Position numbers and translations under genes: made by a program. Below, piece after piece: positions 1 to 15,100 of a DNA stretch of 64,000 nt. Location of the stretch: sequence record DRR723986_1789, one strand, 5' to 3'. The notes under the pieces were generated by a model. The model did no database searches, had not been told where the DNA came from, and worked only from the letters and a program-made list of their open reading frames with translations. The number at the start of each line of letters is the position of its first letter. The stretch's first letter is position 1.

Positions 1-165
1 TCAGCCGCTTGGCGCCAGCCTGCGGTTTTCGCGTCACGTTGCACGACTGAAACCGCACGCTCGCGCGTAGCGGCTGATTATGTGGTAACGCCACTGCCGT
101 GTTGATTGAGCGAGGAACTGTCGCGAGGCAACCCACGAAACCGCATGCTGGCACGTCGCGGCTGA
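1..165. repeat. Three copies of a 28-bp REP-like unit: an inverted pair (1-28 / 50-77) plus a direct copy (138-165)
   Basis: Reverse complement of 1-28 is AAACCGCAGGCTGGCGCCAAGCGGCTGA. 50-77 is AAACCGCACGCTCGCGCGTAGCGGCTGA and 138-165 is AAACCGCATGCTGGCACGTCGCGGCTGA. The region is intergenic and can form a hairpin. Confidence 0.75.
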
Positions 166-287
166 ATATACGGAACTGCGCTGGCGCTCTAGCCGTTGGT
201 AGCGAATATGGCGATCCTAGCAAGCATTTTGCGCGCCGATTCTGCCATTGAATGCCCAAAACTTGCAAAATCTGGCAAGACCGGGGT

Positions 288-316
288 TTGCGGGGTTTGG
301 CCAGTCGCGATATATT
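288..316 (+). promoter_or_regulatory. Possible sigma70 promoter for rpoBC
   Basis: TTGCGG (288-293), 17 bp spacer, TATATT (311-316), upstream of rpoB. Motif match only. Confidence 0.35.
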
Positions 317-546
317 ACCCGACTGAATGCAGGCGAGCTCTATCTATACCCGGTACCACCATCACTCTCCGGCACTGAATGTGTCTGGTCAGCTACCCTA
401 GCTGCGCACTCGATTACGACAACTGCGTAATCGGTTCGCGCTCACGTTTGGGGCGGTTCATCGACCAGTCGGAGAGCTTGAGCCTACGCCTTTCAGCTCC
501 ACCTGCACCCGCACAATAACGAAATTTTCAGGAGAACGCATCGTCA

Positions 547-4266
<3,720 letters not shown>

Positions 4267-4560
4267 GTTACTTCGTGGTGGCAGAACTTTTCCACCCCGA
4301 GGCCAACACTTGCCAGCTTCAAGACTCAAGTCACCAGCCAGAAGCAAAGATTAACTGATCCAGCGAGCGACGCGATGCCAGCGTCGCTTGCGACAAAACG
4401 CAGAAAACAATACGGCCGGATGCATTTCCTTTCGGCCGTCGCAGTCCACTTCGGTGGACCGCGAATATAGAGAACAACAGCATTCGTCCTTCGGGACGAT
4501 GAAATTCGATTCCGGTGCCGTAGGCCGGGCGAATGAACATAAACTGAGGAGCCGCGGTTC

Positions 4561-7500
4561 ATGTCGACAGCTGAAACCAGTTACGATCGCGTAAACGACT
4601 TTACTTCCGTCAAAATCAGCCTTGCTCGCCCGCAAGACATCCGAAGCTGGTCGTTTGGCGAAGTAAAGAAGCCTGAAACGATTAACTACCGAACCTATCG
4701 TCCTGAAAAAGACGGTTTGTTCTGCGAGCGAATTTTTGGACCTGAAAAGGACTGGGAGTGCGCTTGCGGTAAGTATCGCGGCATGAAGTACAAGGGCATG
4801 ATCTGCGACCGTTGCGGTGTAAAGGTCACCCACTCTCGCGTTCGCCGTAAGCGAATGGGCCACATCGAATTGGCCGCTCCAATCGTCCACATTTGGTTCT
4901 TCAAAGCCATGCCCAGCCGCCTTGGTGCATTGCTTGGAATGAAGACGTCTAGCCTGGAAAAAGTGATCTACTTCCAGGATTACGTCGTGATGGATCCAAA
5001 GGAAACCGAACTCGAGCCGCTGCAACTGCTCAGCGAAGCCGAGTATCGCGAAGCGAAAACACAGTACGGCGACGGCTCGTTTGAAGCAGGCATGGGGGCT
5101 GAATCGGTCCGCACGCTTCTGACCGGATTGGACCTAGCCGAACTTGGTGAACGCCTTCGTAAAGAACTTTCGGAAACCAACAGCAAGCAGAAGAAGAAGG
5201 ACCTATCGACTCGACTGAAACTTGTCGAAGCGATTCGTGACAGTGACAACCGTCCCGAGTGGATGGTTCTCGATGTGATTCCTGTCATTCCACCAGACTT
5301 GCGTCCACTCGTTCTGCTTGACAGCGGTAATTTCGCGACAAGTGACCTGAACGATCTGTATCGTCGAATTATCAACCGGAACAATCGTCTCCGGAAGCTC
5401 GTCGACTTGAATGCACCGGAAGTCATCATTCGCAACGAAAAGCGGATGTTGCAGCAATCGGTCGATGCGTTGTTTGACAACAATCGTTGCAAGCGTCCCG
5501 TTTTGGGAAGCAGCAATCGTCCTTTGAAATCCTTGACCGACATGATCAAGGGTAAGCAAGGGCGTTTCCGAGAAAACTTGCTGGGTAAGCGAGTCGATTA
5601 CTCGGCACGTAGTGTGATCGTTGTTGGCCCACGTCTGCGACTGCACCAATGCGGTCTTCCAAAGAAGATTGCTCTCGAATTGTTCCAGCCCTTCATCATT
5701 CGAAAGCTGAAGGACCTTGGCCACGCTGACACGATCAAGTCGGCCAAGAAGATGCTGGAGCGAAAGGACGAAGAGGTTTGGGATATCCTCGAACAGGTTA
5801 TTCGCAATCACCCAGTGCTGCTCAACCGAGCTCCAACGCTTCACCGGATGGGTATCCAGGCGTTTGAACCGATCCTGGTAGAAGGCAACGCGATCCACCT
5901 GCACCCGCTCGTGTGCAAGGGCTTCAACGCTGACTTCGACGGTGACCAAATGGCCGTCCACCTGCCGCTTTCGCTGGAAGCACAGGTCGAAGCTCACACC
6001 TTGATGATGAGCACGCACAATATTTTCGCGCCGAGTAACGGTCGCCCGATCATGAGTCCGTCGCAGGACACGGTCATGGGTTGTTACTTTATCACGGTCG
6101 AAAAGCAGGGCATGAAGGGCGAAGGCATGGTCTTCTCCAGCATGCAAGAGGCCGACTTGGCGTTCAACCAAGGCGTCATTCACCTCCATTCGAAGATCAA
6201 GGTTCGACTGCCTAAGCACCGCCGCTTGAAGACTGAAGATGGCAGCGGCAAGTTCGGCGATACGATCGAAACCACTTACGGTCGCGTCTTGTTCAACATG
6301 ATGCTCCCGGACGGACTCGACTTCTACAACTTCGCTCTTCGCGGTAGCGACCTGGCTGCTGTGATCAGTGACTGCTATCAGCGTCTTGGTCGAAAGGCGA
6401 CGATCAACCTGCTCGATGACATGAACCAACTCGGTTTCCGCGAGTCGACCAAGAGTGGTCTCTCATTCGGTACCGATGACCTGGTAACACCAGACTCGAA
6501 GAACACGTTCATCTCCGATACAGAAAAGCAGGTCATGAAGCTCAAGAAGAGCCATGACCGCGGATTGATGACCGCTCAAGAGCGTTATCGCTCGGTGCTC
6601 GACCTTTGGACGCACGCTCGCGAAAACATCACCAAAGACATGATGCAAGCGATGGAGCGTGATGATCACTTGGGCAACTGGTACATCAACCCTGTATTCT
6701 TGATGGCCCACTCCGGTGCTCGTGGTGGTATCGAACAAATTCGTCAGCTTGCCGGCATGCGGGGGCTGATGGCCAAGCCAACCGGCGAAATTATCGAGAC
6801 GCCCATTAAGGCCAACTTCCGTGAAGGCCTGTCGGTTCTGGAATACTTCTCCAGTACTCACGGTGCACGGAAAGGTTTGGCCGATACGGCTCTTAAGACG
6901 GCTGACTCCGGTTACCTGACTCGTAAGCTTGCCGATGTCGCGCAGAACGTGGTTGTCACCATGGACGATTGCGGCACAACGCAGGGCATTACCAAGGGAG
7001 TCGTTTACCGCGGCGAGAAGGTCGAAGTTCGTCTCGTTGAAGCGATCAACGGACGAGTTTCTCGACACAACATCGTCAACCCGGTAACTGACGAAGTGAT
7101 CGTTGAAGAAAACGAAATGATCACTCAGGATATCGCCCGCAAAATCGAGGAAATGGGACTGGAGAAGATCCAAGTTCGAAGCCCAATGACCTGCGATGCT
7201 TCGTTGGGTGTTTGCCGCCGTTGCTACGGGATGGACATGTCCACTGGAGCCATGGTCGAAGAAGGCATGGCCGTCGGAATCATCGGTGCTCAGTCTATCG
7301 GTGAACCTGGTACACAGTTGACGATGCGTACGTTCCACATCGGTGGTGCGGTGAACACGAGTGTCGAAGAGAGCGAAATTCGCGCTAAGACAAGTGGTAC
7401 CGTTAAGTGTGCCAAGATGCGTTGCGTTACCGATGAGAACGGTAAGCAAATCGTCCTCACTCGAAACAGTGAAATCATCTTGCTCGATCCGAAGGGTCGT

Positions 7501-9027
7501 GAACTCGAGAAGTACGATATTCCGGCTGCGGCTGTCCTGGCTGTTGCTGAAGACGAAATGGTCAAAGAAGGCCAAGTGCTTTGCGAATGGAATCCACACA
7601 AGATTCCGATCATCTCAGAAGTCAGCGGTAAGGTCCGATTTGACGACGTCGTTGAAGGCGTCACGATGCGGAACGAGCGTGATCCTGGCGGCGGTACGCA
7701 ACAAACGATCATTGACCACAAGGGCGATCTCCACCCGCAGATTGTTCTCGAAGGCGAAGACGGCAAGCCGTTGGATGTTTACTACCTTCCAGAGCGAGCG
7801 GTGATCACCGTCCAAGAAGGCACCGTTGTGGCCCCCGGACGTGGCTTGGCAGAAATGCCTCGTGAATCCAAGGGCGTTGCTGACATCACCGGTGGTCTTC
7901 CGCGAGTCACCGAGATCTTTGAGGCTCGTAAGCCGAAGGATCCTGCGGTTATCGCTGAGGTTGATGGTACAGTCGAACTGCTTCAAACTCGTAAACGCGG
8001 CAAGCGAACCATTCTTGTACGCAGCGAAAGTGGTAGCGAGCACGAACACTTGGTTCCACACGGGAAGCGATTCCTGGTACACACTGGTGACGAAGTTAAG
8101 GCTGGCCAGGCGCTCGTCGATGGCCCGCTGGTACCGCACGACATTCTCCGAGTCAGTGGTGAAGAAGCCGTTCAACAGTATCTGACTCACGAAGTCCAGC
8201 AGGTTTATCGAAGCCAACGTGTGGAGATCAACGATAAGCACGTTGAAGTCATCATTGCTCGCATGCTGCGAAAGGTGAAGATTGACTCTCCGGGCGACAC
8301 ATCGTTGCTTCCAGGGTTGGTGATGGACAAATTTGAGTTCCGTCGCTCCAACGATGAAGTTGCCAATTGCGTCAAGGTTGTTGAGCCTGGTGATACCGAG
8401 TACTCCGAGGGCACTTTGGTTCCTCGCGAAGCGTTCGAACACACCAACGCACAAATCGAAGGCCTGGGCGGTACACCAGCCAAGGGCAAGAAGCCAAAGC
8501 CCGCCACGGCGAGCACTCAGTTGCTTGGAATTACAAAGGCTGCGGTTCAGAGTAGTAGCTTTATCTCTGCCGCTAGCTTCCAAGAAACCACGAAGGTTCT
8601 TACCGAAGCCGCTTTGGCCGGTCGAATCGACCGCCTGGTCGGTTTGAAGGAAAACGTGATCCTCGGCCACCTGATTCCAGCCGGTACTGGTTTCCGTACG
8701 TTCCAAGAGTCCGAAGTATCCTACCGCCGAGAGGCACTGGAAGATCTGGTCAACCGTGGCTCATCGGCCATGGAAGAAGCGTTCCCACTGCTTCAACAGG
8801 ATGCTGCACCGGCGGCCCCTGCTGAAGCACCATTGGGCGAAGCACCCGCGGCTCACATGGCACCGGAAGCGGCCGCACCAGCAGAAGCTGCTCCACCATC
8901 CCTGGAGTCGCTGTTGCCTGATGTGACTCCGATGGAAGCTGCTCCTCCAGCGGAACAACCTTCGACAGAAAGCGGTAGCGAGGGCGAGAATCCTCCTCCG
9001 CCATCGGATTCGCCAACTGGCCTGTAG
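4561..9027 (+). CDS. rpoC: DNA-directed RNA polymerase subunit beta'
   Basis: 1488 aa with an N-terminal Zn finger (CACGKY...CDRCG), catalytic [25 protein letters not shown] and [12 protein letters not shown]. Confidence 0.99.
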   Translation: MSTAETSYDRVNDFTSVKISLARPQDIRSWSFGEVKKPETINYRTYRPEKDGLFCERIFGPEKDWECACGKYRGMKYKGMICDRCGVKVTHSRVRRKRMGHIELAAPIVHIWFFKAMPSRLGALLGMKTSSLEKVIYFQDYVVMDPKETELEPLQLLSEAEYREAKTQYGDGSFEAGMGAESVRTLLTGLDLAELGERLRKELSETNSKQKKKDLSTRLKLVEAIRDSDNRPEWMVLDVIPVIPPDLRPLVLLDSGNFATSDLNDLYRRIINRNNRLRKLVDLNAPEVIIRNEKRMLQQSVDALFDNNRCKRPVLGSSNRPLKSLTDMIKGKQGRFRENLLGKRVDYSARSVIVVGPRLRLHQCGLPKKIALELFQPFIIRKLKDLGHADTIKSAKKMLERKDEEVWDILEQVIRNHPVLLNRAPTLHRMGIQAFEPILVEGNAIHLHPLVCKGFNADFDGDQMAVHLPLSLEAQVEAHTLMMSTHNIFAPSNGRPIMSPSQDTVMGCYFITVEKQGMKGEGMVFSSMQEADLAFNQGVIHLHSKIKVRLPKHRRLKTEDGSGKFGDTIETTYGRVLFNMMLPDGLDFYNFALRGSDLAAVISDCYQRLGRKATINLLDDMNQLGFRESTKSGLSFGTDDLVTPDSKNTFISDTEKQVMKLKKSHDRGLMTAQERYRSVLDLWTHARENITKDMMQAMERDDHLGNWYINPVFLMAHSGARGGIEQIRQLAGMRGLMAKPTGEIIETPIKANFREGLSVLEYFSSTHGARKGLADTALKTADSGYLTRKLADVAQNVVVTMDDCGTTQGITKGVVYRGEKVEVRLVEAINGRVSRHNIVNPVTDEVIVEENEMITQDIARKIEEMGLEKIQVRSPMTCDASLGVCRRCYGMDMSTGAMVEEGMAVGIIGAQSIGEPGTQLTMRTFHIGGAVNTSVEESEIRAKTSGTVKCAKMRCVTDENGKQIVLTRNSEIILLDPKGRELEKYDIPAAAVLAVAEDEMVKEGQVLCEWNPHKIPIISEVSGKVRFDDVVEGVTMRNERDPGGGTQQTIIDHKGDLHPQIVLEGEDGKPLDVYYLPERAVITVQEGTVVAPGRGLAEMPRESKGVADITGGLPRVTEIFEARKPKDPAVIAEVDGTVELLQTRKRGKRTILVRSESGSEHEHLVPHGKRFLVHTGDEVKAGQALVDGPLVPHDILRVSGEEAVQQYLTHEVQQVYRSQRVEINDKHVEVIIARMLRKVKIDSPGDTSLLPGLVMDKFEFRRSNDEVANCVKVVEPGDTEYSEGTLVPREAFEHTNAQIEGLGGTPAKGKKPKPATASTQLLGITKAAVQSSSFISAASFQETTKVLTEAALAGRIDRLVGLKENVILGHLIPAGTGFRTFQESEVSYRREALEDLVNRGSSAMEEAFPLLQQDAAPAAPAEAPLGEAPAAHMAPEAAAPAEAAPPSLESLLPDVTPMEAAPPAEQPSTESGSEGENPPPPSDSPTGL

Positions 9028-9095
9028 CCGATGATCCTCGCGCGTCGCCCGATGGGCTAGAGCGAGAGCACTATTACCACTGAAGCAACTATGAG

Positions 9096-9126
9096 GGGCT
9101 TCCTGCAAACTGCGGGGAGCCCTTTA
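9096..9126 (+). terminator. Putative intrinsic terminator of rpoBC
   Basis: Stem GGGCTTCCTGCA / TGCGGGGAGCCC with an AAC loop, followed by a short TTTAT tail. Confidence 0.6.
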
Positions 9127-9150
9127 TGCATTCTCTGTTTGCTGCTTGAA

Positions 9151-9190
9151 CAGATGCCGCTCGTTCAGATGCCGCTCGTCAGATGCCGCT
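9151..9190. repeat. Short tandem repeat, ~3 x 14-15 bp
   Basis: CAGATGCCGCTCGTT / CAGATGCCGCTCGT / CAGATGCCGCT. Confidence 0.85.
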
Positions 9191-9231
9191 GGCCCGTACC
9201 AGGTCGCGCACCTATCAAATCCCTACACATC

Positions 9232-9291
9232 AAATCACAGCCGGCGGCAAGAAATCCCAGCCGGCGGCAAGAAATCCCAGCCTGCGGCAAG
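9232..9291. repeat. Tandem repeat, 3 x 20 bp
   Basis: AAATCACAGCCGGCGGCAAG / AAATCCCAGCCGGCGGCAAG / AAATCCCAGCCTGCGGCAAG. Confidence 0.9.
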
Positions 9292-9460
9292 CCGCACGCT
9301 GCGGGCATGAGAGAAAGTTGGCGTTGTACGATTACCGCCGCTGGCCATGCGTACTAGACTCTCTATAGATATCCTCAATGATCCAAACGCACGATTCTGA
9401 ATAGCACCCTCCGGCCCCGCGAGAATACTGCGAACCAAGGTTAGACCAAGGCAGAAAACG

Positions 9461-10696
9461 ATGAAAGCAAGTGAAGCCACCGAGTATTTCTTCCGCAAGG
9501 CGGCCGACCAACTGGAACTAAGCGATCGAATGCGTCGCCTGCTCCTCACACCGCGACGCGAGGTGACGGTCCAAGTTGTTTTTGAGCGGGATTCAGGCGA
9601 TGTTGACACTTTTATTGGTTACCGCGTCCAGCACGACAATGCTCGTGGCCCGATGAAGGGAGGCCTGCGGTATCACCCCGAAGTCGACATCGACGAAGTG
9701 CGGTCCTTGGCGAGTTTGATGACTTGGAAGACGGCTGTTGTGAACATTCCTTATGGCGGTGCGAAAGGCGGTGTGGCCGTCAATCCACGCTCACTTTCCC
9801 GAAAGGAAAAAGAGCGGCTAACACGAGCGTTCGTGGATGGTATTCACGATGTCATTGGCCCCGACACGGATATTCCCGCTCCCGACATGGGAACCTCTCA
9901 CGAAGAGATGGCGTGGATTCGCAATCAGTGGGAAAAATACAACGGCTTCAACCCTGCTGTCATCACTGGCAAACCCGTTGAGGAGTACGGTGCAAAGGGG
10001 CGTGAAGAAGCGACTGGCCGCGGCGTGGGGCTCTTATGCGTCAAGAGCATCAAGCGGCTTGGTATTCGCCCGAAGGAGTGCCGCGTTGCCATTCAGGGAT
10101 TTGGCAACGTGGGTTCGCACGCCGCAAAGTTCCTTGCCGAAGCAGATTTTACGGTTGTTGCAGTCAGCGACATCAGCGGCTGTTACTACAAGCCCAACGG
10201 CTTAGACATCCAGCACGTGCTGCGCCATTCGCTCAAGCACGGTTCGCTCGAAGGCTATCGGGATGCCGAATTACTGCCCGGCGATGACCTGCTTACACTG
10301 GACGTCGATCTGCTCATCCCTGCGGCACTTGGCGGCGTCATTCACAAAGACAACGTCGACGACATCAAAGCCAAGCTCATTGTGGAAGCCGCCAATGGTC
10401 CGACGATGCCCGACGCAGACGAGGTGCTCGCCAAGCGTGGCGTAACGGTGATCCCCGACATTTTGGCCAACGCGGGCGGTGTAACCGTTAGTTATTTTGA
10501 GTGGGTGCAGAATCGACAGCACTATCGCTGGAGCTTGGACCGCGTTCGCCAGGAACTTGATCGCACGCTCTCTGAGGCCTTTGAAAGTGTTTGGCAAGAG
10601 TCGATGTCACGCGAAATTGACATGCGAACCGCCGCGTTTGTGCTTGCGATTAGTCGCGTCAAGCGTGCAACCGAACTGGCCGGCCTAACGCACTAA
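9461..10696 (+). CDS. gdhA: Glu/Leu/Phe/Val dehydrogenase (glutamate dehydrogenase)
   Basis: GPMKGGLRYHP, MTWKTA, GGAKGG, DIPAPD, Rossmann QGFGNVG, EAANGP and ANAGGVTVSYFEWVQN. Confidence 0.93.
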   Translation: MKASEATEYFFRKAADQLELSDRMRRLLLTPRREVTVQVVFERDSGDVDTFIGYRVQHDNARGPMKGGLRYHPEVDIDEVRSLASLMTWKTAVVNIPYGGAKGGVAVNPRSLSRKEKERLTRAFVDGIHDVIGPDTDIPAPDMGTSHEEMAWIRNQWEKYNGFNPAVITGKPVEEYGAKGREEATGRGVGLLCVKSIKRLGIRPKECRVAIQGFGNVGSHAAKFLAEADFTVVAVSDISGCYYKPNGLDIQHVLRHSLKHGSLEGYRDAELLPGDDLLTLDVDLLIPAALGGVIHKDNVDDIKAKLIVEAANGPTMPDADEVLAKRGVTVIPDILANAGGVTVSYFEWVQNRQHYRWSLDRVRQELDRTLSEAFESVWQESMSREIDMRTAAFVLAISRVKRATELAGLTH

Positions 10697-10756
10697 AGCC
10701 CCCTCTGCCAGTCCTTTTTACGGTTCTTTTTCTGGGGCGTTCCCGGTCTGAACTGC

Positions 10757-11503
10757 TCAGGATCGCGGAACGCTGCTACTGCCGCTAACATCGGCCAGTA
10801 GCGGAGTTTCCTCCAATTGGTGCCGATATCTAGGCTCGGCCCGCTGGTCCTGGATCGTCGCCTCGCGAATCTTGACTTCACGCAGTGCCGCTTGCAGCAC
10901 GGCAAGTTCTATTGCGGTGTACTGATTCGCTGCAATGATAAGACGTTCGAGATTGGGCGCATCGCGCAGTTGCAGCAAGCCCTTGATTGAGAAGTTTTCT
11001 CCGAGGGCGGTTAGGTACCTCAGTTGTGGCAGTCGAGAGACAAGTGCAAGTGTTTGATCGGTCGCACGATTACTTTCGAGCTCTAGGTGCCGGACTCCTT
11101 TCAACGCCCCAAAACACTTAAGGGCTTGATCGTCGGGATCACCCTCACGCACCTTCACGATGCCCAGATCTGAGACGGCCGCATTCCCCAGGAACTTTGC
11201 AAGATACTGCTTCGGTGTCGTCCGCAGCACAACCGGCCCAGGCGGATGCTCGTGCAGCCATTGAGTTTCGGCACCGATGCTGGCCAGAGCCTGCCGCGAC
11301 GACTCAACTCGCCAAACCTTTGTCCCCCAACTGGTCAAAACGAATCCGGCGATCATCACACTCGCAAGCGCGGTCGTTCGCAGGAGCCAGATACCAGCTT
11401 GGGTCAAGATTCTTTGATCCCGCGCCAGCAATGCGGAGTCTTCCGAATCGGCAGCATCCAAGAATACGCTGTTTGCCGAATCGTCTGTGCGTACGTACTT
11501 CAT
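10757..11503 (-). CDS. Membrane-anchored leucine-rich-repeat-like protein
   Basis: One TM helix followed by LRR-like units (LKGVRHLEL, LPQLRYLTA, APNLERLII). ATG 11503 chosen for its GGAG; the ORF extends to 11581. Confidence 0.6.
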   Translation of the reverse strand: MKYVRTDDSANSVFLDAADSEDSALLARDQRILTQAGIWLLRTTALASVMIAGFVLTSWGTKVWRVESSRQALASIGAETQWLHEHPPGPVVLRTTPKQYLAKFLGNAAVSDLGIVKVREGDPDDQALKCFGALKGVRHLELESNRATDQTLALVSRLPQLRYLTALGENFSIKGLLQLRDAPNLERLIIAANQYTAIELAVLQAALREVKIREATIQDQRAEPRYRHQLEETPLLADVSGSSSVPRS

Positions 11504-12119
11504 CCCCACTACTCCACCAAGAGTCGAATTCATCGAACGGAAACGGTGGCCGGGAGAGAGAGTGGTCCAGCCGAGCGTCATTCATTTGACGCTGCTTGTG
11601 CTGTATTCGTTGCCGCCCGCCCATCCTTGTTGCACCCCGCAAAGAAAATTTCCTTTTGCAGAGCTGAGGAGTTCCCACTGTCGCAGCAACGCTTGCCATG
11701 CGCTCCGCAACTGGACGGCTGCAAGCCACTTCTGGCCAAGGCCGCGTGGGGAACAATACGGCACGCGTGACGCTTCTGGGTGGCTGAGGGCATCTTCACC
11801 GTGGGCCGCACAAGCTCCGTTCCTCGATCCAGAGACGTCGACGAAGAAGATCTGCGGCAATGCTTGCAAAGTGATTATTGGGAATTCGTGGAAACTGCTA
11901 TTGGGGCATTTGATTTGAATGTGGTAGTTTCTTTCGCGCAGCCGTCCGTGTGCATACTACTTGCATTGGGCCCCAGACCCAACGCAATCAGCTCGACGAT
12001 TCGTCCCGCTGACCGCACAGATCCGCACGGCTCAGCAATCCGCTGGCGAAATGATTTTCGCGTTTGCTGGGCTGGATGGTTGGCAGGGAAGTCAACATAA
12101 GGCAAAGGAGGAGCCTTCG

Positions 12120-15100
12120 ATGCAACTAGTTAACATGGAAGTGGACCGTCTCGGTCGCAATGAACGCTACAGTATTGGGCCCTTTTCACCTGGCCTGAAT
12201 GCAGTCTGTGGTCCCCGAGGTGCAGGCAAAACAACACTGCTGGCTTGGCTTCGGCAAGTCGCAGCCGAGTCCTATGGCTTGGAATACAATCTTGGACCGT
12301 GGCACAATCGCCAGTTGCCGATGGTTGGCAGCGTCGAGATTCGCGATCGCGGGCGAACATTCCGTGCCGTCCAAACTCCCGATGGAAATACCCGTCACCA
12401 CGCTGTTGCCGCAGACAACCACTACGGCGCCTACGGTGATAACACTCCTTACGCCGTCCAGTCTTGGTTATCCCCGACGCAACGCGAAGCCTTCTCTGGT
12501 CTAGCTGCAGCTCAGGGAGCCGCGGATACAGAAGCGGAATTGGTTGGGCTGGCACGACGTCTTGGATTAGACGTTACAGACATTGAACACACGCTACGCT
12601 ACCGCAGCGAAACTGAGGTGTCTGCTCTTGAGCAAACTCGCACACGGCTGCTCGCCCAACTGCGTGAACTTGAGCACCTGAACGCATCGCAAGAACACTT
12701 GATCGCTCGACGCAGCGAACTGGAAGCCGAGCTGGCTCGCATCCGTCAGTTGTCGGGTGATGTCAGTGGCGTCGACATGCGTGATCGCGGTCGTGCCGAT
12801 TCACGCTGGACCAGTGCTCAGGAAGATCTGCAGTCGGTCAAGCAAGAGATCGCCGCAATCGACAGCCAAATCGCACAACGGCAAGCGGACCTGAAACTCT
12901 TCGAAACAGACAACTGCATCGTTGAAGTCAGCCAATCATATCGCGAACAACTCCAGCAACTGGACGATCGACTCAACCGCTGGCGGAAAACGCTGGCCGA
13001 CATTCGTTCGCATCGCGAGCGAATTGAAACCAGCGCCACCGACGCTCGTCTGGACGAACAAGTTGGTGATCAACTTGCCACCAGTCGCACGGCCGATCCA
13101 CGCGGTGCACTGCGAGCGCTCGAAGCAACCTTGGTCGCTTCACGCGAACAGCTCGAAGAAGTTGTCGGTCGCATCGGTTCAGAAGTACAAACACATCAAG
13201 GCGATTTTGAAGTCGTCCGCCAACCCGATGGCGAAACACGACTCGTCGCAAAAGATGCCGTGCACAGCAGCCGCCCAACGTCCAATGGTCTGCCGGAAAT
13301 GTTGCGGGGCATGCAGAAGGATCTCTACGAGGTCTGCCAGCAGCTTTCGCGGCAGCAGTCGGCGGCTGCTCACGACAAACTGAACACTCAGTCGGAGCAA
13401 CTTCGTCGCTGTGAATCAGAGATGAAGGTCAGTATCGAACGGCTGATCGACGAGCGAGCAGCCCTGCTGAATCGAATCGCTTCGGAGCATAATCTTTCGG
13501 TTGAGAAGCTGACCGTGGCCTTCGGGCAGTGGTCCAGCCAACCTGACCACCCAAATCTCCAGCAATGGCTGCGAGAGGAAGAGGCAGCCAAAGGCCCGCG
13601 TTACACCGGTGCCAGCATGACCGATCGTCAACGATTGCTGGATGAAATCGAGGCACTTCGCGGTCGCCGCAACCAACTGGAACTGCAAGGGCAAAACGCT
13701 CGACGGCAACTGCGCGACTGTGAAGACTATCGTCTGCGAGCTGTGGCCAGCGATGTCGACTCGGGTGCTCCGTCGGCTGAGCAGGATATCCTGAATCAAA
13801 TCCACCGTGTGACCGACGACATCAGCCGCCTGGCGCACCGTGACAAACTCACTCGCGAACTGCGCGACGTTGAATCCAAGTTGGCCGCACCAACCAATCG
13901 TGGTCCCGGTGAATTCTCCGCAGCGGTCAACGCCCATATCAAAGCGATCATGGGGCCGGTTGCTCGTCATGGAGCCGACCGCAGCTACCGAACACACGCT
14001 CGCCCCGGTGATTATCGCCAGGCGGGTTATACGACTCGCGAATATGATCCCGTCGACGGTGTCGTTTCCGATGTCGAGTACGAGACCTTTGAAAAACTGG
14101 TTCCACCAGCACTCGTACGACTCGCCCAGCGACTAGCCATTGCAGAAGCCCTTTTTGCTCGTGGTGAAGCGATCAGCTTGGTCATCGACGAGACGATTGA
14201 CGAGCTGTCAGCCACCTTGCGAACTCGTATCATCGAGCACCTGGCAACCGTTGCTGAACGAGGCCAACAGATCATCGTGCTCACAAGTGATGAACGTGTT
14301 GCTCAAGAGGTTCGAGCTTGCCGTGGTTGGGTCGACTACCTGCGCCCGCAAGCTTTGGCTGCGGCTGAACCAGAGCCACCTGTGAACCAAGAGCTTTCGG
14401 CTTACGCCAACGAGGAAGAGGCCGACAAGTGGTATCGCACTCGTCGTACAACCACGCGACGCGACTACTACTTGTACAAGACAGACGAGATTGACCGCCT
14501 GCCCGCGGCAACGTCCCGGTCAGCGGCCGATTTGCGAGCCGCTGGAATCGAAACCATCGGCGATCTGCTAGACGCCGACACCGATTGGCTAGCTGACGAA
14601 GTTGGCACCCGCGAATCCGCCATCACACGTTGGCAAAGCGAAGCGGACTTGCTGTGCCGCGTTCGCAAGCTTCGCCCATTTGACGCGCGACTCTTGGTCG
14701 GTGCGGGTATCCGATCATCGAACCAGCTAGCCGCAATTCACCCAAGCAAGCTGTTGGCGCGGATCGAGGATTTCCTGCGAACCGATAGCGGCCGCAAGAT
14801 TCTCAGCAGCGGTTCCGAGTACGAACTATCACGAATCACATCATGGATCTCGGCAGCCAAGTCGCAGGCAACCGAAGAGGTGACTCGCGAAAGCGGCCGA
14901 AGCTCCCGTTCATCGTCGAGCCGGTCTTCGTCACGCTCGCGATCAAATTCGTCCCGCACTCGCAGTGAACGCACTCGAAGCGAACGATCAAGCCGCCAAC
15001 GCAGCAGTGGCGAGCGATCCGGACAGAGCAGTCGCTCGCGTGGAGACCGCCAAAATGCTAGCGAAAGCCGAGAGTACAGTGTTGTGCACCGCAACGGCAG

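Noticed and set aside
9151-9291. Possible mini-CRISPR array
   Set aside because: The repeats are directly adjacent with no unique spacers, and there are no cas genes.
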